Shown here in pieces: positions 50,044-61,003 of a DNA stretch of 64,000 bases. A program made the translations under genes and the position numbers. The notes beneath the pieces were generated by a model. The model did not search any database, was not told the origin of the DNA, and saw only the letters and a program-made list of their open reading frames with translations. The DNA is taken from contig JAGHYT010000002.1 of the NCBI GenBank assembly GCA_017743535.1, forward strand, positions 22,736-86,735. The letters run 5' to 3'. Position 1 is the first letter of the stretch; each line of letters begins with the position of its first letter. The stretch is from Chloroflexus sp. (GTDB lineage Bacteria; Chloroflexota; Chloroflexia; Chloroflexales; Chloroflexaceae).

Positions 50044-50394
50044 ACGTTCTCGCAATAGCCGTTGGATAACGAGATGCCTGTACTCTATCGCAAATCAGGC
50101 GAGCATTTCTGTTTACTAACTAACTGCGACCAGCGTGTTAATAACTAAGGCACCTATCTCCGAATACCTCGTCATTACGTCTACGACGTGATGAACCCCG
50201 TCAGTGGCTCCCGCCTGATGGGCGACCAGCCTAGCGCCGTCGTACCCTTTCCAATCGGACCTGCCCACTAGCGCATCGAAAATGACCACGATGCCTAACC
50301 CGCATGTTCTGGAATGAGATAGTTCTCGTAGGCTCTAAGGTGCCATATAAGCAAGAGGACAATCTCATTCTTATTTGAACTGTGATTACCCCGA

Positions 50395-51099
50395 TCAACG
50401 CTCTAATTCCCATCTGATAATCACAAGATCGCGGATGAAGAGCATCAGACGGGCTAGAAAGTAGATTACTCGATACAATGCGTGACGTCGAACTTCATCG
50501 TAGTCGATTAACACAAGGCGCGGTAGTTGCTCGTTAGTAGGCATTAAGTTTTGCGAACGCAGAATTGTACACTTGACGAGAAAACTCCATATCCGTTCGG
50601 GCAAGTAGCGTAACTGCTTACGACGCCGACGCTCTTCGGGGTTTGTACTCACTCGCCCGTAGAGATCGGGTAAGTGACCAGTGCGAAACAGGCAGCCGAT
50701 AGCGCGTTTGATGATCTGTCGCAGGTCATGACCTATCTGACGCCGTTGCTCACGAGGAATGGCCTTCCAATCAACGTTGGCCAAGACCTGCGCGCTGTGG
50801 AGGTAAGGTTGAATTGTCAACACGTGTACGAAACCAGCCTGATCGCGACTCAGGACGAAAAAAGTGGGGATAGAATGCTTTGCGCCAAGACACGCGGCAA
50901 AACGTTGTGCAGCCTGCTTCATCTGCCGGGCAATGGCAAGCATTGCCGCTACGTCGCGACTCCCCATCTCGCCTTTTAACTTAACGACAAAGCGATGATC
51001 ATCACTTCGATACACCTCTGTCTCGTTGCCGCCTGCCACGCGCTCAAGCACATGATCGATATCAATCGGCGCAAAGACCTCATCCTGGTGTTTGTTCAT
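50395..51099 (-). CDS. Hypothetical protein, possible protein-kinase-like fold
   Basis: GGNETEVY..FVVK, QPY, PDL, NL and LIDYD segments. Confidence 0.65.
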   Translation of the reverse strand: MNKHQDEVFAPIDIDHVLERVAGGNETEVYRSDDHRFVVKLKGEMGSRDVAAMLAIARQMKQAAQRFAACLGAKHSIPTFFVLSRDQAGFVHVLTIQPYLHSAQVLANVDWKAIPREQRRQIGHDLRQIIKRAIGCLFRTGHLPDLYGRVSTNPEERRRRKQLRYLPERIWSFLVKCTILRSQNLMPTNEQLPRLVLIDYDEVRRHALYRVIYFLARLMLFIRDLVIIRWELER

Positions 51100-51483
51100 A
51101 GCGAATTCAGATAAACGAATCTTACGTCCTCACATATCTGGTGCGCTTCTCTCAGAAACATGTATATGCCGGTATAGCAGTCGAGGTGACCTCTTGCCCC
51201 ATCGTTGTTGAGTGTACGATTCTGAAACCATCTTACCTCTTCAGACCGGCTCTGCTGCGGCTGAAAGGAGGGGGTTTCAACGTGTTTCCCTCTCTAGCAG
51301 TGAGGATGGCGGATGCAAGAGGGGGCAGTAGGTGTACCCTGCTCCGATGGTGTATTGTGTTGATGCAGCGCGTGATGAGTTCTCCCTCGCATCGTCGGAG
51401 GTAGGCCAGCAGCCCGCCCCCTTTAAGCAACCAGGAACATACCTTAAACACTTAGACTGGATTCACCAGCGTTATGTTGCAGA

Positions 51484-54400
51484 TTACCGATAAATAATTG
51501 GCAGTATGATCTGATACGGTGCCGGATTACCCTCGTTCAGACGAATCCGCGCAACTGTTACCGGGCGCTGCGGATCATTACTGATGATACGGAGTCTCGC
51601 TTGCTGTGTAGCATACAGTGGCCCAATCCAGCGACTCGCGAGTTGGACATTCACCTGTTCGCCGACATTGATATTCCCACTACTGGCTGAGCTGATGCTC
51701 AACCAGACCTGCGGGTTGATTTGTGGTCGCAACTCGATGACCAGACCATCGGTGAGTGTCAGTGGTAACTGATTGGCACCGGCAATGTCGCAAGCAATTG
51801 ATTGCGTCACCTCGCCTAACTGTAGACCAATGGCCCCCATGTCGTTCTTTTGCAGGTTGGCAACGTTGCGATAATGGAAGCGAATAATACCGTTCGATTG
51901 TAGCAGTGCCTGCACACTCAGCCTACGGTTCGTGCCGTAGATGGGCACGTTATCCCATGTAATAAGTGCACCGGTGCTCATGCGCGCAATGTTGATCTGA
52001 CCACCTTCTGCACTATTGAAATCGACATGCAGAGGCACGATGGCTGGTGCAGTGGTTTCGGCAAGGGGTAGACATCTAGGTTCAAAGTAGATGGTCGAGT
52101 TGCTAAACGGGGCAAAGGCGATAATCCCGTTGGCGCTAATGTAAATAGTTCGGTAGTACGCACCACCGAAGGGAAAATCAAAGCCGAGATCAATCCCCGT
52201 ACTGGTTCCATCATCGAACAGCGTTAGATTTTGCGCATCAAGTGGTGGATCAATCCAGCCTCCAGTCGGTCCATCTGGCTCATCACTCCGCCAGACACCG
52301 TATGGCTCTGGATCGATCTGTAGCGTGTAACTGAGGGGAAGATTACCATCGTTTCGCAGTGGCAATGTGATCGGTGCAGTCTGATTGAAATCAACCGTTG
52401 CGGTCAGCAGGTCTTGGACAACAGTCAACCTGGGCCGTAACGGATCAAGGGCTGCATTAAGCGTCACTGAACTTCCCGCAGATGGTGTAACAGATTGCGT
52501 GTACGGCGCAAAACCACTGGCACTTATCGTCAGGTGCTGCGTCACGCCGCCAGGTACCGTCATACTGTAGACGCCGGTGGCGTTGGTTGTTACGGTCAGG
52601 CCATGTGCAGTCGTTACGGTACCGCGCAGCGGGTTACCCGTCTCACTATCAGTAACGGTTCCGCTGATCGTTGCGTGGGTTGCACGAACCGGTACGGTCA
52701 TGGTGACCGGTACCACAATTGGTGGATTCGTGAGATCGTTGTCGTATATGAGTAGTCGGGCGGTATAGATACCTGGACCTGCTACGCGGCGGGCATCGAG
52801 CGTAATCTCGATATCTAGACTCCCGTTGCTAGCCAGCGTTGGCGATGTTGAAGATGGTAAAACCAGCCACGGCACCGTCACGCGGGCAGCAGCGACAGCC
52901 TTAAAGATGTCAAGTCGGCCATATCCATAAATGTTATTCGGTACCGTTGTTGGCCGGCAGTTGCTGTGTGATGAACCCATATATCGGTTATCTACGGTAA
53001 TCGGCAGGGCAGTACTGGTAAGCAGGGAATAGGTGGCATTGTAATCACCGATCAGCTCAGGTTTCGCCGCCCAGAGTAGGGCCACTGCACCGGCCACATG
53101 CGGGGCGGCCATCGAAGTGCCAGAGAGTGAACCGTAGAGATTTGAATTTGATACGGTAGCGACAATACTGGCGCCAGGGGCGACCAGATCGGGCTTGATA
53201 CGACCATCAGTGGTTGGTCCAATCCGGCTAAAGTTCGTTACGAGATCATTTTGATCGGTAGCGCCAACCGCAACGACGTTCGGATAATCACCGGGTGACG
53301 CAACTGAACTACAGCCGGTGAAGTTACTATTGATATTGCCAGCGGCAAATACAACAAAGATACCGGCTGCTTGCCAGGCAGTGGCATAGCCGCTATACAC
53401 CTGATTACCGCCCGTGTCAAATGCCCATGAATTGTTCAGCACGTGGGGCCGCAGACTGGGGCGCGGGTTATTGCCGTTGAGATCGGTAGGCGCCAGCATC
53501 CATTGCGCGGCAGCAATAATATCACTATCGTTGCAATTGGTCACACTACAAGCACGGGCCGCAATCCATCGTGCGCCTGGCGCAACGCCCATAGCCGGTT
53601 GACCAGGCGGATCGGCAACCATGATGCCCATCACATGCGTCCCATGGTTTCCCGAGTCGACCGGCGCCGGTTGGTTTCCAACCGGATCGAACCAGTTGTA
53701 GTTGTGATCAAAACTGCCGCCGCCGAGATTGCCACGGTACTGATTCACGAGGGCTGGATGGGTATATTTGACCCCACTATCAATATTGGCGACGGTGATC
53801 CCACTGCCGGTGATACCAAACTCGCGCCAGACTCGATCGGCGCCGATGCGAGCAATATTCCAGCACACGTTGTTGGAGGTGGCAGAACAGGATACCGTCG
53901 ATGTCGTGGCCGGTGGAGTCATCTGCAATTCGTGATCGGCGGTGAGCATTGCGACGTCGCTGTGAGCGGCCAGGGCTTGCGCCAGTGTCGCATCACCTTC
54001 GACCAGCAGTGCATTCACAATCCAGAGTGGCTGGTAACGAACGCCGAGTGCGTCAAGCATCGCCCGCACCCTTTGTTGACTCCGTTCGGCATGGCTGGTA
54101 AGTGTTTGGTACACATATTCACCGCGTGCTTCCCAATCACGGATGAGAAAGGCTGCACCTAGATCTGGACGGTCGGCAAAAAAGACGAGGAAGCGTGTCG
54201 TGCCGTTGCGCAATTCTGCTTGCAGATCAGGATCGATCCGTTCTTGCTGCTGAGGTAGCGGCACCGGAATACTGAGCGGTGTGGCCATCATTGCCGGGGC
54301 TGCTGGTGGTGGATAGCCGGTGTAGAGATGGATCGTCGATGGATTACTGTCAGTATTGGTAATCGTGAGGTTGAGCGTTGTGGTACTGCCAAGCTCGACT

Positions 54401-54531
54401 GTAGCCGAAAGGCTGGTCGGCGTCACGCTAAGACGTGGTAGATCGGCATAAACCGCTGCTGGCGGAATGAATAGCAACAAACTGATCAGGAAGGCGATGA
54501 TGGTGAAGATAAACCGGCTGATGCGTTTCAT
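51484..54531 (-). CDS. Secreted S8 subtilase with carboxypeptidase-regulatory-like domain
   Basis: Signal peptide; catalytic NIDSG, HGTHVMG and GTSMAAPH; C-terminal YQIILPIIYR. Confidence 0.93.
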   Translation of the reverse strand: MKRISRFIFTIIAFLISLLLFIPPAAVYADLPRLSVTPTSLSATVELGSTTTLNLTITNTDSNPSTIHLYTGYPPPAAPAMMATPLSIPVPLPQQQERIDPDLQAELRNGTTRFLVFFADRPDLGAAFLIRDWEARGEYVYQTLTSHAERSQQRVRAMLDALGVRYQPLWIVNALLVEGDATLAQALAAHSDVAMLTADHELQMTPPATTSTVSCSATSNNVCWNIARIGADRVWREFGITGSGITVANIDSGVKYTHPALVNQYRGNLGGGSFDHNYNWFDPVGNQPAPVDSGNHGTHVMGIMVADPPGQPAMGVAPGARWIAARACSVTNCNDSDIIAAAQWMLAPTDLNGNNPRPSLRPHVLNNSWAFDTGGNQVYSGYATAWQAAGIFVVFAAGNINSNFTGCSSVASPGDYPNVVAVGATDQNDLVTNFSRIGPTTDGRIKPDLVAPGASIVATVSNSNLYGSLSGTSMAAPHVAGAVALLWAAKPELIGDYNATYSLLTSTALPITVDNRYMGSSHSNCRPTTVPNNIYGYGRLDIFKAVAAARVTVPWLVLPSSTSPTLASNGSLDIEITLDARRVAGPGIYTARLLIYDNDLTNPPIVVPVTMTVPVRATHATISGTVTDSETGNPLRGTVTTAHGLTVTTNATGVYSMTVPGGVTQHLTISASGFAPYTQSVTPSAGSSVTLNAALDPLRPRLTVVQDLLTATVDFNQTAPITLPLRNDGNLPLSYTLQIDPEPYGVWRSDEPDGPTGGWIDPPLDAQNLTLFDDGTSTGIDLGFDFPFGGAYYRTIYISANGIIAFAPFSNSTIYFEPRCLPLAETTAPAIVPLHVDFNSAEGGQINIARMSTGALITWDNVPIYGTNRRLSVQALLQSNGIIRFHYRNVANLQKNDMGAIGLQLGEVTQSIACDIAGANQLPLTLTDGLVIELRPQINPQVWLSISSASSGNINVGEQVNVQLASRWIGPLYATQQARLRIISNDPQRPVTVARIRLNEGNPAPYQIILPIIYR

Positions 54532-54633
54532 ACACTAAATCCAGATTGCAGCGAGAGTTGTTGCTGGAGGTCATCATAGCATAATGGTGATAGTTTGTGT
54601 CTTTCAATTCCGTCAGATTGTGCACTGCAAGTT

Positions 54634-55701
54634 CTATTCGCCCCACGTCAAGCGCAACACGCGCAGCCAGTTCTCGTAAGCCAATTTCCGTAGTTCAGCC
54701 GGTGTGAATCCTGCATCGGCAAGCGCCTGCAAGAGGACGGGTAAGCCACTCGCATCATGAATGGCTTGCGGCATGAGGGCGCCATCGAAATCCGATCCAA
54801 AGCCGACCCGGTCTATACCTAACCGTTCAACCAAATACTGCACGTGCCGAACCATCACGTCAATTGGCATACTGGCATCACGACGGCCATCAGGACGCAG
54901 AAACGTGACGGCAAAATTCAACCCAACCATTCCATCAGAATCACGAATGGCAGCAAGCTGACGATCGGTAAGGTTACGACTGCTTGGACAGATGGCGTGT
55001 GCATTGGAGTGGGTTGCCACCAGTGGCGCATCACTCAGTCGAGCCACGTCCCAGAAACCGGCTTCGTTCAGATGAGAAACATCAATCAGAATGCGTAATT
55101 GATTACAGGCTTTGATCAGCGCCTTACCGGCGTCAGTCAGCCCCGGCCCGATGTCCGGTGAGGCGGGAAAGGCAAAGGGAACGCCGTACCCAAAGATATT
55201 TGGCCGACTCCAGACCGGCCCTAGTGAACGTAATCCGGCCTGGAAGAGTACCTCTAGTTCATCGAGATCGGGACCAATCGCTTCAGCGCCCTCGATATGG
55301 AAAACGGCTGCGATGACACCGTTAGTAAGGCATTCATGGATTGCATTGGCTGTACGACACAGTCGCACCTGACCGTTGGATTCCTGTGTTAATCGAAAGA
55401 GGCGTGCTGCCATGGCCAGGGTTGTTTGCAATGCGTAAGAGTGATTGAGGGTCGGTGGTAGTGGCAAATGATATGGAGGATCGGGCAAATGGTCTGATGG
55501 CATCTCGGCAGCAGGTGGTGGAGGGACGTAAATAGCAAAGAATCCGCCACCGAATCCACCTTTGCGGGCACGCGGGAGGTCGAGATGTCCGTGTGGGCTA
55601 CTCTCGAAAAAGCTACGCTCTGTACCGGGGCGTGGTCGATACAGATCGAGGATCACGTCGTTGTGTCCATCGAAGATTGGTGGCCACATGGTCGTTGTCA
55701 T
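54634..55701 (-). CDS. Membrane dipeptidase (peptidase M19)
   Basis: FDGHND, HIEGAE, DVSHL, THSN and GSDFDG motifs. Start trimmed to avoid overlap with the upstream gene. Confidence 0.92.
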   Translation of the reverse strand: MTTTMWPPIFDGHNDVILDLYRPRPGTERSFFESSPHGHLDLPRARKGGFGGGFFAIYVPPPPAAEMPSDHLPDPPYHLPLPPTLNHSYALQTTLAMAARLFRLTQESNGQVRLCRTANAIHECLTNGVIAAVFHIEGAEAIGPDLDELEVLFQAGLRSLGPVWSRPNIFGYGVPFAFPASPDIGPGLTDAGKALIKACNQLRILIDVSHLNEAGFWDVARLSDAPLVATHSNAHAICPSSRNLTDRQLAAIRDSDGMVGLNFAVTFLRPDGRRDASMPIDVMVRHVQYLVERLGIDRVGFGSDFDGALMPQAIHDASGLPVLLQALADAGFTPAELRKLAYENWLRVLRLTWGE

Positions 55702-55711
55702 AAGCACGTCC

Positions 55712-56746
55712 TCACAACAAGAGAGCACGAATCTGGTTGGCAGCCTGCCAGCCACTTTCAATCGCAAGATGGACCCGTCCCTGTCCACCGATCAGGTCGC
55801 CGGCGATCACAATGCGCTCGTAGCTTCGCAAGGGGGTGGCAGTATCGGGCAGCGCGTAACGCCAGCGTTGGATATTAATCCAGTATGGTGCTCCTAAATT
55901 ACCGATCAACGACTTGATGTCAGCAAGTGCCTCGATAACTGGTGATGGGGCTTCGCTGAGCGTATATGTTCCTTTTTGCAACTCATCCCAGTGGGCTGTA
56001 GCCCAGGCATCGCTCATCTGGGCGATCAACAGGCCGTGATCGGGTGGAGCACGGTTTGGTTTATCGTGTTCGCATGCCAGCCAACTGATCGTATGTTGGC
56101 GATCAACGTTGACCAGAGCGTACCACGGGACTACTGGTCGTTGCGGAAAGGCGACCGTGATACTGATTGAACGCCGGTATTGTACTGCTTGTAACGCCTC
56201 GACCAGATCGTTCGCTTCGCTGAAATTGCCCGCCATCAAGATTGCTGCCGACTGTGGTGCAGGCGCCGTAAGCACGACTGCGGCAAAGTTGCCTAATACC
56301 TGACCATCGTCGGCGAACAAGCGATAGGCGTCACCCTCACGGTTCAAGCTGGCAACGGTGGTCTCTATACGAACATCAATCCCGCTGGCCAGATACTTTG
56401 CCAGTCGGGTAATGCCGGTCGGCCAGGTCCATTTCTGTTCATCGGCCAAAGCGACATCGCCGGGTGCAATCGTATTTGAGCGAGTGAAGGTCCAGACCGG
56501 ACGATCAATGGTTACCGCATCGCCAGTAGCGACGATCAAATCGCGGATGGCAGGAGTTGGTGCCTTAACATACTGCGCGCCGTGGTCGAAGCAGAAATCG
56601 CCGATACGCCGGGTAGCAGCTCGTCCCCCAACGCCACGACTCTTTTCAAAGACAACCGGTACAATATCGGTATAAGCATCAACCAGCGAACGGGCAGCCG
56701 CTAATCCGGCAACACCGGCGCCAACGATTGCTACCCTCTTAACCAT
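55712..56746 (-). CDS. Renalase-like NAD(P)/FAD-dependent oxidoreductase
   Basis: GAGVAG, EKSRGVGGRAATRR, FDHGAQY and RWRYA motifs. Confidence 0.88.
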   Translation of the reverse strand: MVKRVAIVGAGVAGLAAARSLVDAYTDIVPVVFEKSRGVGGRAATRRIGDFCFDHGAQYVKAPTPAIRDLIVATGDAVTIDRPVWTFTRSNTIAPGDVALADEQKWTWPTGITRLAKYLASGIDVRIETTVASLNREGDAYRLFADDGQVLGNFAAVVLTAPAPQSAAILMAGNFSEANDLVEALQAVQYRRSISITVAFPQRPVVPWYALVNVDRQHTISWLACEHDKPNRAPPDHGLLIAQMSDAWATAHWDELQKGTYTLSEAPSPVIEALADIKSLIGNLGAPYWINIQRWRYALPDTATPLRSYERIVIAGDLIGGQGRVHLAIESGWQAANQIRALLL

Positions 56747-56752
56747 GGGGCT

Positions 56753-58051
56753 TTACCCTTCTAGCAAGGCTTGCAAATCGGCTTGATCCTCATCGTTGTA
56801 CGGTCCAACTACCGCCAGCCACTGTTGTTCGCTACCGATCAACCGCTGTGCAGCTCGTTGCAAATCGGCCAGCGTCAGCGCATCGAACTCGGCGATAATT
56901 TGTTCGACCGGCGGTACCGTTTGGTAACGCAGCAGACTGACGGCGTTGCGCGAGGCAATTGACCAGGTGTCTTCAAGCGAGAGTAATAAACTTCCCTTGA
57001 GTTGCTCTTTCACAGTGACCAGTTCTTGTTCGGTGGGACCATGCTCTGCCAGATCGTGAAGTACCGTGCGTGTCATCGCTACCGCATCACGAAGTGCTTC
57101 TGGTTCAACACCGGCATAGATGACCCACATACCGGTATCGGCAAACTCGTTGTGGTACGAACCGATGTTGTAGCTCAGGCCATGCTCCTCGCGAATTTTC
57201 TGAAAGAGGCGTGACGACATACCACCACCGAGGAGTGCGTCGAGCGCCTGGACAGCCCGTCGATCAGGATCGTGATACGACACACCGGGCATGCCGAGGC
57301 AGAAATTCCCCTGTTCAATATCGCGTGGTAGTAAACTGAGTCTAGGCTGAGACGGTAATGGTGGCGCGGCCAAGGCCGTTGGCCGCTGACCGGTTGGCAG
57401 ATCGGCGAATGACCGTTCAATTGCCGGAATAACCTCTTCGTGATGAACGTTGCCGGCAACTGACACGATCAGATTACCAGCGTGATAGCCCTGGCTGAAG
57501 AACTGTAAGAGTTCAGTGCGCGAGATGGCGCTGACCGTGGCAATGCTACCGGTAATATCGCGGCCAAATGGATGATCGCCCCACATCGTATGTTGTAGTA
57601 ATTCGTGAACTACCTCAGTCGGATTATCTTGAATGCCGCGAATCTCTTCGATAATCACCCGACGTTCTTTTTCTAACTCGCTTGCTTCAAAGAGTGGTCG
57701 TTGGACCATTTCGCTCAACACATGCAACGCACGGGCGAAATGAATTGCCGCAACTTTTGCATAGAAGACGGTCGTTTCATAACTGGTAGAAGCGTTGAGA
57801 TAGCCGCCAACGCCTTCAATGGCCAGCGAGATAGCGTGTGCCGTCGGGTATGCCCTGGTTCCCTTGAAGAGCATATGCTCGATAAAATGGGCAGCCCCGG
57901 CCAGCTCTGCCGGCTCGTACCGGGCACCGATGTCGATGAAACAACCGATCGCGACCGAGTATGTGTGTGGCAGTTCTTCGATCAGGATACGAATCCCGTT
58001 TGGTGTAATGTGCAAGTATGGCATTGCAGGTATGGGTCTGTTTACAAACAA
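56753..58051 (-). CDS. M16 family (pitrilysin-like) zinc peptidase
   Basis: HFIEHMLFKGT inverted zinc motif; GGGMSSRLFQKIRE. Confidence 0.93.
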   Translation of the reverse strand: MFVNRPIPAMPYLHITPNGIRILIEELPHTYSVAIGCFIDIGARYEPAELAGAAHFIEHMLFKGTRAYPTAHAISLAIEGVGGYLNASTSYETTVFYAKVAAIHFARALHVLSEMVQRPLFEASELEKERRVIIEEIRGIQDNPTEVVHELLQHTMWGDHPFGRDITGSIATVSAISRTELLQFFSQGYHAGNLIVSVAGNVHHEEVIPAIERSFADLPTGQRPTALAAPPLPSQPRLSLLPRDIEQGNFCLGMPGVSYHDPDRRAVQALDALLGGGMSSRLFQKIREEHGLSYNIGSYHNEFADTGMWVIYAGVEPEALRDAVAMTRTVLHDLAEHGPTEQELVTVKEQLKGSLLLSLEDTWSIASRNAVSLLRYQTVPPVEQIIAEFDALTLADLQRAAQRLIGSEQQWLAVVGPYNDEDQADLQALLEG

Positions 58052-58054
58052 CGG

Positions 58055-59593
58055 TTACACTTCGCGACGCCAGAGTTCGAGTCGTGATGCAGGCTGCCCA
58101 TGCGAGGGCGGAATCTCTAATCGTTCGATAAGATACGAACGTTCACCTTCCGGTAAAGCCTGTCGTATACGCAGATGCTGGTGCTCTTGACGCTGGGCAA
58201 GAAATTCAATCGCTGTCGGTGCAGCTCGTTCCAGTATTCGTAGCAGTTGGGCGTATGTTTTGCCGACCAGTTCTCGTGGATGACGGCCAACTATCTGGTT
58301 GGCGAACACAGTATTAATAGCGACCAACCGCTCAGTCTCATCAAAGAGGGCAATCCCTTCTGGCAGGCTGTCGAAGACGATGCGGAGCAGATCACGTGAG
58401 CGCTGCAATTGGTTGGTACGTTCGGTAACCAGCTCTTCCAGCAACTGGGTTTGTTCTCGTAAGCGGGCCACTAATTGCAGCGTTGCACAAATGGTTGCTG
58501 TCTGACGGGCAAACAAGTCTAGCAGATTCCAATCAATCGTCGATGGGTTTAGTTGGGTGCCGCTGTAGCCTAAAGCCAGCCCCCCAATCGCATGACCGTC
58601 GTGCATGAGTGGTATCGCAATACAGGTTTGCTCATCGGTGAGCGCCATTGTAACCACACTTTGACTCTCGACCGTCAGCTTGACGGCGCCACCCGCTGCC
58701 GCTACAGGCGCTTCAAGTGACACATTGGTAGGGATAATCCATTCAGGCTGACCCTGTGGTGTTGGGCGTAGGAAGAGCAGGCCCCAGCGGGCAGCAAATA
58801 CTTCCTTTGCAATCTGATGGCATTGCCCAGCCACATCACCCGCTGTATGATCGCTGCCGGCCACCTGACGGAAGTTGAGCAGCGTTAACATATGCTGCTG
58901 ACGGAGCCGGTGCTGCTGATGGAAACGAGCTGCACTGATAGCTATCCCGATCTGGGCAGCGATACTTTCGATCAACATCAGCTCGTGGCTGCCAAAAGCG
59001 TGAGTCGCCAGTCGATAGACCGTCAGTACCCCAATGGTCGCGGCTGATTGGCGGATCGGTGTGGCAATTAGGCTGCCATTGCTCGGTTCGACAGAGCCAG
59101 TTGCGGTCGCTGCTTCACGCAACTGAAACCACTGCGTTTCACCGGCAAGATCGAGCAAGATGACACTGCTACCGTGACGCAAGGCCCAACCTGCACTCCC
59201 GTGTGTCAGAAGTTCGGCAGCCCGCTCGTTCGACAGGGGACGCGGTGCACCCAAGGAGACGGTCAATGCGTGTTGTGGAGTCTGGTCAGGCCCGACGAGG
59301 ATAATCGTGGCTTCATCTGCCGGTAGGTGTACGGTAATGCTCTGGAGAACCTGTTGCACGAGTGCTGTTGGATCCATATCCTCACGAAACTCGATACCGA
59401 GCCGCGTGAGCAGTGCAGTCTGTCGGATCAACTCTTCGGTCAATGCCTGAGCAGCCAGTGGTGGCCCAAGCGGGCGTAGCTGCCGACGCAGTTGGGCATT
59501 TGCATGACGCAATTCACGCACGTGCTCGACTAGTTCGGCAACTGTCAGAGCAGCAAGATTGTCTGCATCCAGCATAGCGGTTCTCGTGTGCAT
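58055..59593 (-). CDS. GAF-GAF-PAS-like sensory protein
   Basis: Two GAF-like regions (LIATPI..IGVLTV; IAIPL..AIGGLAL) and a PAS-like C-terminus (VFDSLPEGIALFD). Start uncertain. Confidence 0.7.
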   Translation of the reverse strand: MHTRTAMLDADNLAALTVAELVEHVRELRHANAQLRRQLRPLGPPLAAQALTEELIRQTALLTRLGIEFREDMDPTALVQQVLQSITVHLPADEATIILVGPDQTPQHALTVSLGAPRPLSNERAAELLTHGSAGWALRHGSSVILLDLAGETQWFQLREAATATGSVEPSNGSLIATPIRQSAATIGVLTVYRLATHAFGSHELMLIESIAAQIGIAISAARFHQQHRLRQQHMLTLLNFRQVAGSDHTAGDVAGQCHQIAKEVFAARWGLLFLRPTPQGQPEWIIPTNVSLEAPVAAAGGAVKLTVESQSVVTMALTDEQTCIAIPLMHDGHAIGGLALGYSGTQLNPSTIDWNLLDLFARQTATICATLQLVARLREQTQLLEELVTERTNQLQRSRDLLRIVFDSLPEGIALFDETERLVAINTVFANQIVGRHPRELVGKTYAQLLRILERAAPTAIEFLAQRQEHQHLRIRQALPEGERSYLIERLEIPPSHGQPASRLELWRREV

Positions 59594-60235
59594 ATTAGTA
59601 TCTAACCATGTAGTATAACACGACCGGGGTGCTATCGGTCTGTTGAGAAGTGGCTCATTAGGGCTTTTCCTCGTTCTCAGTTTCAGATTCCATTCGATGA
59701 CCGAATGGCTCAACAAAGAAACGATACCGACGAACTCAAGCCCCTACTGGCGGCAATCCCTGACCCATGCGGTTTCCCTCAGATTAGAACTGCTGGTTCA
59801 CGTCCTGCGCGGGTAGTCATAGGAGTGGGTTCCCATCCCGTCCCTATCGATGCGGTGACGGGCATATTGGGCAAGACAATAAGAGCTTAGCCGCAGACCA
59901 CCTTGCGACAGGAAGCTGCGCGCCTTTGCCCTTTCCGCATTTCCATTCCGCTCTCGTATGGGGAGCGGGAGGGGAGGATGAAACCGGTTGAGAACTGCTT
60001 TCGCGATATTCTCTTTTGCGTATCTGAACGTTCCTTTGCCGACGGTTGCTTGTGACCACTTCTGTTCGTGGCACGTGCTTCACGTTTCCGAGTCGTGCTG
60101 ATGCTCGTCGCCACGACAGCAGGGACGGTTTCCAACCACTCGATGGTGTTCCCAGAGACAGGCGCGGGTTCCATCGATACTACAGAATGCGAAGCAGAAG
60201 CATCGTTCAGACACACTTCCACATTCTTTAACCAA

Positions 60236-60946
60236 CTATCCCTCAGATGACTGCGAATAGCCCATCTTAATCCAGCCCTTTTTGATCGCAACAATCACCG
60301 CCATTGTTCGATCATTAACCTGTAGCTTAGCGAGAATCGAGGTAATATGATTTTTAACAGTTTGACCGCTAATGCTTAATTCATTGGCAATCTCTTTATT
60401 TGAGAGGCCACGGGCAATGCAATCGAGAATCTCAATTTCGCGTGAGGTAAGCGGTGCGAACAGATTCGTGCCATCTTCTTCATCTGTTGCGGCCAGTTCG
60501 CGAAACTGATGTAACACGCGGGCCGCGACATTTGGGCGTGCCAGTACGGCATCATTTATCAGGTAGCGACCACGTGCGACCTCACGGATCATGTGGACCA
60601 GTTCTTCAGGGCTAATATCTTTTGACGTAAAAGCCGCAGCGCCGACTTTAATCGCCTGAAACAGTTGCTCATCGTCTTCGTAGACACTGAGCACAATAAT
60701 ACCGGTTCGCGGTTCACGCCGCTTGATTACTCGTGCCACTTCCAGGCCATTCAAGCCAGGGAGGTTAATATCGACGAGGACAACATCGGGAAAGAGCCGT
60801 TCTGTGAGCTTAATTGCTTCTTGTCCATTCTCGGCTTCTCCCACCACTTCAATATCAGATGCGCTTTCTAAGCTCCAGCGGACACCCTGACGAAAGAGCG
60901 GGTGATCGTCAATGACCAATACTTTTATTTTTGCCGATGTTGCCAC
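60236..60946 (-). CDS. NarL/LuxR-family response regulator
   Basis: IDDHPLFRQG receiver domain, DINLP, LTSREIEIL...TVKNH HTH. Confidence 0.95.
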   Translation of the reverse strand: MATSAKIKVLVIDDHPLFRQGVRWSLESASDIEVVGEAENGQEAIKLTERLFPDVVLVDINLPGLNGLEVARVIKRREPRTGIIVLSVYEDDEQLFQAIKVGAAAFTSKDISPEELVHMIREVARGRYLINDAVLARPNVAARVLHQFRELAATDEEDGTNLFAPLTSREIEILDCIARGLSNKEIANELSISGQTVKNHITSILAKLQVNDRTMAVIVAIKKGWIKMGYSQSSEG

Positions 60947-61003
60947 AGGCGACTCCTCTGCTGTTTATTTCCTCGTAGGTAATGGTCAATACCCTATCGC
61001 ATA

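Noticed and set aside
59887-60235. Small basic protein or ncRNA downstream of the response regulator
   Set aside because: No clear RBS, and the ORF runs through a REP-like palindrome. No RNase P, SRP, tmRNA or c-di-NMP riboswitch consensus was recognised.
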